Source: Cyanophora paradoxa CCMP329 (taxonomy: Eukaryota > Plantae > Glaucophyta). Taken from it: DNA of 64,000 nucleotides. The notes beneath the pieces are model-generated. The model was given only the letters and a program-made list of their open reading frames with translations. It ran no database searches and was not told the origin of the DNA. Positions 22,901-33,375 of this stretch are shown in pieces. Numbering within the stretch: position 1 is the stretch's first letter; each line of letters opens with the position of its first letter. A program made the translations under genes and the position numbers. Location of the stretch: NCBI GenBank assembly GCA_004431415.1, contig QPMI01000044.1:480321-544320 (forward strand). The letters run 5' to 3'.

Positions 22901-25900
22901 AGAAACCGAAGAAAAGGTACGTTATTGAACATTTAAGCACCGGAAGAACCGTGGCATTGATGGCGGCAGACGGCGGGGATACCCCTGTGCGGCCCCGTGC
23001 TTTCACGTAGCAGGAGACGACGTACGATTCGCCGCGCGAGAGCTCCACTGAGACAGACACAGCGGCACCAGCCGCGTCCGCGTCGGTCACAGAAGCTGAC
23101 CCCGCATAGCCTCCCGTCGGGGCGCCTGGCGCGTCGCAAGCCGCGTCGAGAGTCGCGATCCCGACGCCAGCAGTGAAGTTAGCTGTCAGAAGAACCGTCA
23201 TCGGGCCCGTGGAAATCGCCGACAAGACAAGTGGTGCAGGAAGAACGCTGAGACACGAGATAAGATTTGCGTCTCCAACGAGTTTCGACGCAGGAAGCTC
23301 GCCGGTCGTGCTAAGCACTGTTCGATTCATCTGAGATCACGTGGCTGTGAGACTTTGCAGAGCGATTCCACGGCCTGAAGTTTTTCGTATTCGAATTCGC
23401 TTTCGAACCGGACAGTCGGAGAACATGTACTCGACGATGATGGGCGCCGGCCCGGCCAGCGGGGCGCTCGCGCTAGCGTACGCGAGACGGACTTGGCTCT
23501 CGGAGAGCTCCGAGCTGTAGACGCGGAAGGCTGCGCAAATGCATGCATCATGGACACGAGCTGAAATTGTGGTTTACTGGCATATTCACCGCCGATGGTT
23601 GCGTCCAGAATGTAGTAGGGATCCCACTGCGCAGAGACGGAGATTGTTCGTCACAGCAATCGTTTCCAACCGATTATGAAGAACAGCCTCACCGGGTAGA
23701 ATGACTTCCCAACAAACGCCTCGGATCTCCGAATAGATGCCAGAGCCGGTACTGACTGTGTAGCGACGAGCAAGCCGTTCTTGTACGCCTGTGCAGTGCA
23801 CTGTCCGCCGCTGGGGGCGCTGTACGTGACGACGAGGTGCGTCCAACGCTCGAGCTGTCAGAGAAACTTCGTCAAAATTGCTTATCATTGACGTTTCACT
23901 CATATATCGGAGGCAAAGCGGTCGGACCGGAATGTATGACGTCCCATAAGCAGCGCGGAGGCCTTGCACGAATTCAGTAGATGTGTGGATGTTCTGTATC
24001 ACCAAGTATCCATCGCGGCCTTGGCACGAGCAGCTCGCGTGATTGCACGGACACATGTACCAGTACTGCGTGAGATGTCAATTCAACATAACGGGGGGCC
24101 GGAAAGCCTACGCGGACCGCAGAGTCGTGTGGTTGCACGCCCGACATGGGAGTGGGCTGCGTGAAATCGACCCATCGGGTTGCATAACCCGGCATAGAGT
24201 TTGGATGGATCCAAGACTATAAAGCGTCAAAAGATGCAAGTACAATTTTTCGACACCGGAACAGAATGGCTCACTTCAATAGAGAAAGGACAAACCAGAG
24301 TTCGGCTCGCGAAGAAGTCGCTCATATCCAGATACCTCTGGGCAAAGGCCCCTCCCGCTGTGCCGAAACGAAGTCCTGGAGGCCGCGTGAATGCAAAGCG
24401 AATCGCGTTCGACATCCGGGCTGAATAGACCTAGATCAGCGGCCGGAGGGGGGCAGGCCATGGCAATGTCGCCGACAAACTTGCCGGAGCGCCCCCGCCC
24501 GCTCGAGTCGGGCACGTCCATGCCGGACAGGGTGCCTTCGAGCTGTGCGCGTGCGTACGGAAGCAGAAATCAGCCGAAATTGCCCGCACCTCGTGGAGCT
24601 CACCCAAACCAAGCTCACCGTGCTCCCACAGCTGTCCAGCTTGTAGTGCAGCTCGACGGGCGCGGCCGGCTGCCTGCCCATGAAGGCCTCCATGACTTGG
24701 TCGGCCGTCAGCGCCGCCGAGTGGATTCGGAACCCTTCCAGCGATATAGATTGGAATGCGAGGAAAGTGCACCAGTAGAAACGTAAAGCGCACCAGAGTA
24801 GTACACGTCAGATGGCGACTCCGGTCCCCAATGGCTACGCCCGATGTACTGGAGGGGCCTGAAATCGTTTGGTAAGAGGAAACCGAGGAAGTCGAAATTG
24901 TAGGAAAGAAAAGCGCGCGGATGGGAGGAAACGAATCTGAGAAGAACGGATGTGAAAGCGCACCTTTCAATATTCGCAATCGAGGCTCCAGCAGCCCCAG
25001 CCTGTCCCGTCTTTAAATGTGGCACAAGGCTGCCATTGTGGTACATGCGGAATTCATCTTTCGTGAAGACAAAAGTCACGTGGTGCCACTGATTGTCTTT
25101 GGGGATGCTGTAGTCGTCTCGAAAAGCCACAGTTTCGTAGTACAACGATGATGGTGTGTAAAGAAGGATCACTGTGGCCAAGCCTGTTGCGCCTTGCTTG
25201 CTCTGCGATCCGCAACCCTTAGCGATGCATATGGATCCAGCCACACACTATACAGGCACTAAGCACATGGCACGTGTCGTAGGCTGTAACTCCTCCAGGC
25301 GGACACCAGGCAATCACCTGCAACCGGGTCCGGTTTCGACGACACAGCTACAAGATACAGATTGAACTCTGGCGTACAATGTTATTGCAATTGGCGCCGC
25401 AGGCAAAATCTGATTGTTGAGGTTAGAGTACGAAGCTAGCGTAATATAATCGATTGCAACGTGAAGCTTAAGATAGCTAGACAAACGGCAGTACCGATGA
25501 TACGGCCCCAACTGGTAATTGGTGCCTGCCTTGGAATTCGGACCCTGCGCAATCGTCTCGGCGATGTGTGCCAGAGAACAACGCGCGATCGGAATCGCAC
25601 CATAGGTCGAGCGAAAATGGAGTACCCAGCGCGAATTTGGGAGCCTCAATGTGTCTGTGCTTCGAAGAGGGGATGCCACCAATTTCGCTCGTCCCGAAGT
25701 ATGCACCTTTGCGCAAAATTCAAGGGGCTCAAAAGCCGATAGCCGATAGGCGGATGAGGGGGCACCAGCGGCGGGCACAGGGCACCGCACAGACGGGCCG
25801 AGGTCCCCGTACATCGTTCCCGGCCGTCCTTTGCCCGAGTAGTCCACCGCCTGGAGCGATCTCGTGAGTGCTGCCTCGGCGCTTTTCAGGGACGACGCCA

Positions 25901-27491
25901 GTGGCGCCCGCACGCACCGTGCCGCCGCACGTGTCGAACTTGTAGTGCAGCTCGAGAGGGGGCCGGTCTCGGGGCACGGTGCCTTGCGCCACGTCGGCGA
26001 CCTGGGCAGCCGAGAGCGCCGCGGAGTACACCCGGAAGTCCGCGAGCTCGACACCATACGCGTACGGCCCCGAGCCGGCCGGCCAGCCGGCGCCGACGTA
26101 GTGCGTGATCCGGGTCCGCTTGGGAACTGTGCCCGTCCCGGGTGTGAAGCTCGAAGCCCGTGCGTTGGGACGGGTGACGCCGTCGAGGTACGCGTAGTAA
26201 GAGTCTGAGGTCAGCACCAGCGTGACGTGGTGCCAGGAACTGTCCGCTGGGATGCTGTCGTTTGCAAGGAAGAGGGGCAGTCGCTGCTTCAGCTGCGTCC
26301 CGTCGTACACCGTCAGCAAAAGCGTCTCGTAGCCTGATGTCCTGTGTGGCTGCGCAAGATGTTCATGAGCAAGTTGAGAGAAGAATGTTAATGCTAATGT
26401 TAATGTGATGCGAGCGTGCGCTCGTACCTCGCAGTCCACATCGGAAGGGACTGCACCCGGGGGACCGCAGAAGCTCAGAATCTTCCGCCGCGCACAGTGT
26501 CAGACAGCCATCGCAGCGAGCGCGATGGGGCATGCACGATGTTGTCCGACCCAACTCCGCTGCCGAAATCAAATAGGCGCGAGAGAGTATTTGGGTTTGC
26601 CTGGCTCATGTTGATGCGAAGCCTGTGTGCACACGAAGCCAGTTAATTGGTGTCATTGCTAAGACGTCCACAAAAAATATTAAAACGCGTTAACCAGAAC
26701 GCAATCGTCAATGGCCCGCCCAGCTCAATCGAAGGCGTTATCAGGAAGCGCTCGGTTTGTTCGATCGAGCTGCTTGGCAAGACCTTGGTTCCAAAGACCA
26801 GGGCTGCCGCTCACGTCGGCAGAATGAAATTTGCGAAGCGTCCAGAAGGAGGAGGAGGAGGGGGCGCGGGGGGCAGGGGGGGGGGAAGGGGGGATCGGAA
26901 GGGCGCTAGGTTGGCAGAGAAGGACTCCGGAACAGCCCCTTTGTGCCGATGGACGGCCTAGGCGTAGCTAGAGCGAGGAAGAAGGGGGAAGGAAGAGGGG
27001 AAGAAGAGCGAGGGGGGGCAAGAAGGGGGGGGGGGCAGGGTGTGGAGGAGAGATGGGAATGGGGTACGGGGGAATAGGGGGTTGGGAAGGGAAGGGTAGC
27101 GGGCGGTACGGGAAGTGAGGATGGCTGGGGTTGCAGGGGCGGGGAGGGGGGAGGGGGGAGGAAGAGGTAGGGGGAAAGAACTTTGGAAGGCAGGAGGCAC
27201 ACGTCTTTTGTGTGCGTGTGGATGGACCTCAGTGGGGGACGGGGGGACGGGGGGGGGGGGGGGGGATGGGGGGCGGGGGGGAGTCGCTAGGTCGGCAGCG
27301 ACGCGTACTGGCGGCGCTTGGTCCGATGGTCGACAGCCAAGGACAGCTGCAGCCTCTATGTGCCGATGGACGGCCTAGGCGTAGCTATGGCTGGGTTGAG
27401 CCGCACCTTGCGAGCGGGGGCCCGCGCCGGAAGTGGCGAGGGGGCGCAGGGGGAGGAGGACGAGGAAGAGCGCGATCGCGACGGGCCGCAT
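7997..27491 (-). CDS. Giant cell-surface receptor-like protein, copy A: signal peptide, 6 LamG/ConA-like modules plus 2 FN3-like domains, uncharacterised central domain, Cys-rich (GCC2/GCC3, ephrin-receptor-like) stalk, 3 TM segments, disordered tail; many exons
   Basis: First exon 27491-27407 is MRPVAIALFLVLLPLRPLATSGAGPRSQ (signal peptide). LamG motifs WHHVTLV..YAYLDG, YIGRSHW..YYSG..FRIHSAALTA.QV and LELHYKFD.CG..DYSG.GR.G. FN3-like LSYGGSYVVSCSVKARGRSGEVSPPS. Repeated CxxCxxGxY/F units at ~11170-15350. Hydrophobic segments IFAVLVACTGVLLILAGVCLYSYL, FGVVFTMIGIGLAAIAAGYVLLQF and AIAVVGGQIAVAFLTARYF. Last exon ends ..AAAVAIRL* at 7997. Individual exon boundaries are approximate. Confidence 0.78.
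18880..22880 (-). repeat. ~4 kb intragenic repeat unit A1 (three LamG-like modules plus FN3-like domain)
   Basis: Nearly identical, introns included, to 22940-26803; the ORF track returns identical peptides (e.g. 20394..20651 and 24436..24693). Confidence 0.93.
22940..26803 (-). repeat. ~4 kb intragenic repeat unit A2 (three LamG-like modules plus FN3-like domain)
   Basis: Tandem near-identical copy of unit A1, with differences clustered in short patches. Confidence 0.93.
26845..27285. repeat. G/A-rich low-complexity tract (poly-pyrimidine on the coding strand) within the first intron of copy A
   Basis: Runs such as ggaggaggaggag and gggggggggggg lie between the signal-peptide exon and the first lectin exon. 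Confidence 0.8.
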
Positions 27492-28679
27492 CGACCGGAA
27501 GGCGCTGGAGGCGCGCGCGTGAATGAAGTGGAGAGATCTCGAAACAAGCCGAAGTGGCGAACCTCCCGCATGCAGGCGTGCGATCGCGAGGAGATGGCAT
27601 AAGATTACATGCGTTGAATTGCGGCGGGGATGAGGCCGGGCTTCGTTCCTGCCTCGCCGGGACGGCCGCAGTTAGACAGTTAGAGTCGACAGGGCGGGAC
27701 AGCCTTCAGCTAACGCGAGCGCACGCGCGCGTGCACCTGCGCATATGCATGCGCGTGCGGGCGCCGCGCCCGCGCGGCGAGCTCGCCCGGGCCCGCGTCC
27801 GTTGCCGTGCCAGATCTAGACGGCGCGCCTTCCTGCCTTGTGCAGCCGCGGCCCGGAGGGTCTGCAGGCCTAGGCCGCGGGCGTTGCACTCCCCTGCCGA
27901 CGTCGCCTGCGGCTGCGGCGCTGGCCGAGAAGGCCGGTATCCGGAGTGGAGCTCGAGCCCCGAGCTGGAACATCGGATCGCGAGTGAGGATCACCGGATG
28001 ATGATCGGTACCGGTGCGGTCCGACGGTCGGTGATTCGAACAGATTCGCTTCTGTCCTCAGCCTTAAGCTTGCCAGTCTGAGGCGGCTCGAGCTCGGCGT
28101 CCGGTCCGACGGTCTGAGGCGGCTCGGCGGCCTTGCAGCCGCTGATCTAGATCTGCGGCGCGCTATAGGCTAGTTATAGCTGTGTGGCTTTCGCCCGGGC
28201 CCCCATGGCCACCGCCTGCAGCTGCCTAGGCGAGCGAGCCCTCGGAGCTGCAAGTGGCCCGCAACGTCGACCGTACCGTAGTACGCGTCGGACCTTTCAG
28301 TCACTCGCACCGCGCATCATATGCATGGCATGCATGCGGCGCTTAGGCTGGCTTAGCTATAGCTGCAGAGTCAGTCACTGAGTGGCAGACTGGCAGTGAC
28401 TCAGTGAGAGCACGTGCAGACGCATTTCAACTTTGAGTCACTGAGTGAAGCTGCTTCCGAAGTTCACCCGGTGACCGTGGTCCGTGGCTCTGCGATCTTC
28501 GAATTCGAGACTTCCGAAGCTGGCCACTGTGGCCAGTGCCCTAATTAATATTAATCTAGAGGCCGCCGGCGCCGCCGGCCGGGCCCGGCCCCTGCAGCTG
28601 CCGGCGCCGCCGGCCCCGGCCGACCGTGACCGCCGATCGCGAATGGATTCGCGATTCGCGAGGCGTACTTTCAAGTTCA

Positions 28680-28912
28680 CCGTCTTTACGACGGCTTTTT
28701 TTAGCCGTAGTTTGTTTTTGCCGTATAAATTGCATGCATGCCGAGAGGCCGAATTCGGCAATTTAGCTTCACGGCAATTGCTTTGGGGGGGTAGGTATTT
28801 TCCTACTAGGCTAGCGCGCCATAGAGCAGAATCTGGATTCGGCAATTAATATTTATTGCGACTCGCGATCGGCGACGGCAATTCGGGTTTCGGGCGAATT
28901 CGGCAATTTTAC
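28680..28912. mobile_element. Probable DNA-transposon/MITE end with subterminal repeats
   Basis: Five copies of cggcaatt between 28751 and 28910. The last 18 bp (28895-28912) are the exact reverse complement of 32038-32055. No transposase seen. Confidence 0.4.
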
Positions 28913-29911
28913 GTATACAGTACTTTCAAAAGTTTAGCGAAAGAGCGCTAGCCTGTTTCCGAAGTTCAGTCTGTTAAGCAATCAGGCTGGAGTCAGGCTG
29001 AAGGTTCAGCCTGCGTCCAGAGTCCAGACTGATTTCTAATCCGACCAGCCTGATCCGGCTAGCAGTACTACGGTACTAGTGGCGTGGCGCGGCAATTGGA
29101 AGCTCACTTCGAATTCAAGTTCCTTGCTCTCATAGAAGAAACTTCAAATTGGACGCGACGTTTTGCAGCGTAGCACGTATCGGGGCTTCCCGTTATACGT
29201 TCACACGTTTCCCGTTATATCTTTAGACCATTTCCTCAATTTTGAAAAAGCCTTGAAGAGGCATCGAAGGGGGCCAAAGCTCGCGATCGCAGAAACCTGC
29301 CTTCTGCGCATATGCATGCCATAGAAAATTTCGATCGCGAGGTGTGGGCATGCACATGCGGGGGTCTTCCAAACGAGTACAGACGAGCCTGAAAATGATC
29401 GACGCGCATCGTCGCTCTAGATCTCCCCGCGCAATATTTTGATGCAGGCGACGATATCGATCGCGAGCCGCGTAGCACTGACCCCGAGGCAATACTCGAC
29501 CGCACACGCGCTCGCCTCGGACGCGCGCTGCGCCCGGCAGCCGCTCGGTTAAGCCGCGGACTTTCAAGTTTGGCCGGGCTGCATGCTGGGCTCCCCCGAG
29601 GCTCTCGCCGCGAAGGCCAAGAAGCCGCGTGCGCATGCGAGCTAGGAAGCTTAGCTTGCGTGGCACCTACCGCGCCTTTGCGCACATGTACTTTTCGGTT
29701 TCACGCCCGGCCTTAAAGAAAAGCTTGGCGCACATGTACTTAAGAACCTTTCGTTTCAAACGGATGTATAGCGCTGCAGTCCGCAGCTGTTTCAACTTCC
29801 AATTGCGATGTTCAGATGTTTCAAGCTTTAAGTGCAAACTAGCTAGCTATAGCTAGCTAGCTAGCTATATATAGATGTATAACATTGTATATATATAATG
29901 CGAGTGATCTG

Positions 29912-29980
29912 ATACAGCAGTACGCGGGCGCGGGGGGGCCTATCAGTACTGCTGTATTGGTTCGGACCCCTTTTTACTAG
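29912..29980 (+). other. 12-bp perfect inverted repeat followed by CTAG-T (possible Helitron-like 3' end)
   Basis: atacagcagtac (29912-29923) pairs with gtactgctgtat (29946-29957); CTAG at 29977-29980 followed by T. Spacing is longer than the usual Helitron end. Confidence 0.3.
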
Positions 29981-30374
29981 TGTATACGTAGGTTTTAGCT
30001 CTGCGCGGTGCTAGGGGCTCGCAGCTTCAGCTTATGTACGTCCAGTATGTGCTCACAAATGCGAGTACAATGAGTGGTTCCGGAACGTTGGGCGTCGCGG
30101 GCCGCGCGCAGATCGCTCAGCTATGGCCCTGCAGCGCAGCATCTCTCATCTGGCCGAACTCCCAGCTTTCTAGCGCGCAGTTCTAGCGGTGCGGACCGTA
30201 CACTTCTCGGACACGTCCCCCGCTCGTCCGCTCGGACACGTCCCCCGCCCCTTCCCCGTCTTTCATGATCTCATGATCAGTGAGTCAGAACAATGCTTAA
30301 GCTTAGAATTTTGTTCGAGTTCATATCAGCGGACAGCTTCGAAAATATTCTGACGTGGAGCCATCTGACTGCAA

Positions 30375-31341
30375 TTAAGCGTCACAGTCGGCCAGCGCGT
30401 CGATCTCGTCAATGGTGGTCACGTCCTGAGGAAGCGCATCAAAAACGAATTCACATAGCAATCGCAGGAGCAATATGAAAGAGGGAGCAATCACATACCG
30501 CCAGGTCGTCTTCAATCCAATCGAATTCCGCAGCCTGATAATCCTCTAGATCCTCCGGGGTCGCCGGAAAGAGAGGCTCGGCGGGCAAGAATTCCTGAAG
30601 GCAGGATCGACATCAGCGAAATTAAAGGTAATATCGATCCCCGTCCGCAAAGTGGCGACAATATAAATCACGAGCACAGACCCCGGTGGCCTCATAGTGG
30701 TCAATCGCAGCGTCGATTGCGTTGAACATGTTGCGGACGTCCTGAAGGTCGAGGTGCATCTTCAAATTGTTGCCGCTCTGGTCGTAGTCCCAACCCCTGG
30801 GGCACTGCTGCGAGAGGAGCTGCATGTAGCCCTGCAAACGGCGAAATAAGCGAGATCTATAATTAGAGCGATCTGAGCCGTCAAAGTTGTTTACATTTGC
30901 GGCATCCTGGACGTCATTGACGGCTTGATGGAAGAACTTGACCACGTCGGCGAGTTTGGCCTTATCCATGACCACCTCGCGGTTCTTGAAGCTGTAGGCG
31001 GTTGTCGCGACCGCTTCGTCGAAATAGAATAGCTTCTCCTGCTCGCATGCGCAGGAGAATGGTCATGATTTGGATGCATATATATGCGCACACACTGTGA
31101 CAGAGTCTCGAGCGGGGCGCACCGAGAATTCCCTCCACGCGTGCCCGTCGACGCCCTCGGAGATGGGACAAGCCAGGCTGTTCCGCGCCTGCTCCAGCAC
31201 TTCTGGGATGTACGTGTATTCTTTGAACAGGTCTCGGAAGACCCGAACTTCCTCCTCTGTCACATCGTCGCCTATCTGGCACAAGATCGGGACGAACGTT
31301 GGATCGGCGAACGCCAGATCTTGGATCGACATCCGCGACAT
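30375..31341 (-). CDS. Acidic hypothetical (orphan) protein, 5 exons, roughly 230 aa
   Basis: ATG 31341: MSRMSIQDLAFADPTFVPILCQ..AWREFS | EKLFYFDEAVATT..DVQDAAN | GYMQLLSQQCPRGWDY..DHYEATG | EFLPAEPLFPATPEDLEDYQAAEFDWIEDDLA | DVTTIDEIDALADCDA*, TAA ending 30375. Four GT-AG introns, all joining in frame. No family recognised. Confidence 0.72.
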
Positions 31342-32823
31342 GGCTTGCCAAGCTGTAGGCTGCCGGGAGAGCTGGATTACTCAGCGAGCGATCGCGAACT
31401 TCGGAAAGCGCTAGCTGGCCCGCGGATCGGATGCAAGCGATACTATAATAAACTTATGCCACACTGTCACGGTGTCTGTCCGCTGCAGGTTGTCACAGTG
31501 TAGGCTACGTTAGCCTAGCTATACTTGTAGCTCAGGCTGCCAGAGTCAGGCTGCAACTTGGCAACTGGCAAAACTCGCGGCACTGCCGCAGGCCCGGCCG
31601 CAGAGTCGGCGCAGACTCAGAGGCCGCAGTGCGGCAGTTGCAAATTGCAATCGCTCCGATCCGACTCGGCGAGGCTCGCCGTCGTGCAGCATGCGCAGCC
31701 TGGCAGGCCGGCCCGGCGGCCGGCGGCGACCGGCCCGGCCCGCCGCGGCCCGCCGGCCGCCGGCCGGCGCCGGGCCGTCCGACGGTCCGACGGTCGCGAC
31801 GGTCGCGGCGCCGCCGCGCCGGCCGTCCGGCGGCGGAAGGCCCGGAAGTTCCCGGGGCCGGAACGCCGTGACGCGCGCTTCGAAAATTCCGAAGTTCAGG
31901 GCAACTTTAGGCCGGGCTTCCGAGTTAACGTTCAGCCATCGAATCGTCCTACGGTCGGAACTTGGGTCTGCGGCGCTATATATATACTACGGTAGTATCA
32001 TAGTATAGTACTGTAGGACGGCTTAAATTCCCGTGGTGTAAAATTGCCGAATTCGACCCTCGCGATCGAGCTCCAAGTGTTCTGCTGTGCATGCCTCCGT
32101 CTCCTGCGGCTACGTCTTCTAGTTCTGCTGTTAGCTCCATCTCGTCGTCTTCGTCTAGATCTGTTAGTACTATTCCCTCGTCTTTTGTTCCTGTATCTGC
32201 TAGTTTTAGTCCGACTTATTCTGTTGTGTCCTTGAACTCTAGATCGGATCTGGATCATCGGATCTTCGACTGTCACAGTGTAGTTTCTCGTGCTCGTTCT
32301 CCTTATTTGCTGCGTCCCCGGCCCGTACTCCTCGTCGTTCTAGTGTGACTAGTACTGCAGCTGCTGTGTCGATGCCCTTGAGCTCTTCTTCTACTTCTCC
32401 TCGTGCTCGTTCTCCTTATCTTTTGCGTTCTTCTGCTCGTGTCCCTTCTCATCATCCTTCTTAAAGCTTCAAGGCTTGATTATGCCATGATGTGCTTTGT
32501 GATAGTTCACTGTATCTTTGATTTGTGACCTACGGGGGGTTTGCACGAATTCCTTTCACCAGTGTTCTTAAGCTTTGCTCGCCTAATCACTCCCTACGTA
32601 GTACGTATACAGTACTAGTACTGCCGCGGTGCCCGCGCACTGTGCTTGCAATTGGCAACTTAGATGGATCGCATCTGCAGCTGGGTCATTTCCGGGTCAT
32701 TTTTCTCAGTTTTTGCACGGTAGCCTGACTGAACCTCGGGTTGACTGATTCAGTCACAGTCAGGGGGGCTGAGCGACTGGGTCAGGGGTGGAGCCTGACT
32801 GAATTGAACATGAACCCAGCACT

Positions 32824-32893
32824 ACTCGTGAGTCGTGAGAGTGACTCGTGACTCGTGACTCGTGAGTCGTGACTCGTGAGTCGTGAATCGTGA
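32824..32893 (+). repeat. Heptamer tandem repeat (A[C/G]TCGTG)n, about 10 units
   Basis: actcgtg agtcgtg agagtg actcgtg actcgtg actcgtg agtcgtg actcgtg agtcgtg aatcgtg. Confidence 0.9.
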
Positions 32894-32924
32894 TCCCCAT
32901 GATGGCCGGGGCCCATCATCATGG

Positions 32925-33375
32925 CATGGGCCGGGCCGCCGGCGGCCCGCCGCCCGGCGGCCGCCGGCCCGCCGGCGCCGGCCCGCGCGCCGGCCGGGCG
33001 CCGCCGGCCCGGCCCGCCGGCGCCGCCGCGGCGCCGCCCCGGGCCCCGGCCCCCGGCCCCCCATGGCCATTAATAGTTTCAACAAAACCGTTGAACCGTT
33101 GAACGTTCAAACGGTTTGGGTCCTCGCGATCGCGGCCCGGCGCCGGCCGGCGGGGCCGGCCGCCGGGCGGGCCGGGGCGGCCCGGCGCATCTACAATTAA
33201 TTGCCAAAACTTGAAATTAAAATTGCACAAAAGCACGCGCCGTCGCCGGCCCTTCGGGGCCGGCCCCGGGCCTGCCGGCGGCGCCGGCCGCCGGGCGCCG
33301 GGCCGCCGGCCCGCCGGCCCGGCGCCGGGCCGCCGGCGCCGGCCGGCGGGCCGGCGCCGCCGCGCCGGCGGGCAG
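32925..33375. repeat. Almost pure G/C low-complexity tracts built from short palindromes (GCCGGC, GGCC, GGCGCC), separated by AT-rich spacers
   Basis: Seen directly at 32925-33062, 33131-33187 and 33238-33373; similar tracts at 28560-28625 and 31705-31835. Confidence 0.8.

Larger units (their letters stand above)
7790..26846 (-). repeat. Large tandem duplication, copy A (paralogous to ~35938-57845)
   Basis: Colinear similarity of exons, many introns and 3' flank, starting at tggtggc.tttcgaat..acgacaagatccta (7793/35941) and ending at ccaaagaccagggctgccgctcacgtcggc (26791/57765). Confidence 0.93.

Noticed and set aside
19480-24210. Diversity-generating retroelement (template/variable repeat) explanation for the variable patches
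   Set aside because: Differences are not adenine-specific, include synonymous changes, indels and intronic changes, and no reverse transcriptase is visible in the window.
26804-26816. In-frame TGA aligning with a TGT in the paralogous unit (also ~57785), suggesting selenocysteine
   Set aside because: It lies just upstream of a CAG acceptor, at the branch-point position. Splicing at gcggcag| keeps the frame, so the TGA is intronic.
32824-33375. CRISPR array or telomeric repeat
   Set aside because: The heptamers have no unique spacers and do not match TTAGGG/TTTAGGG-type repeats; the context is eukaryotic with no cas genes.
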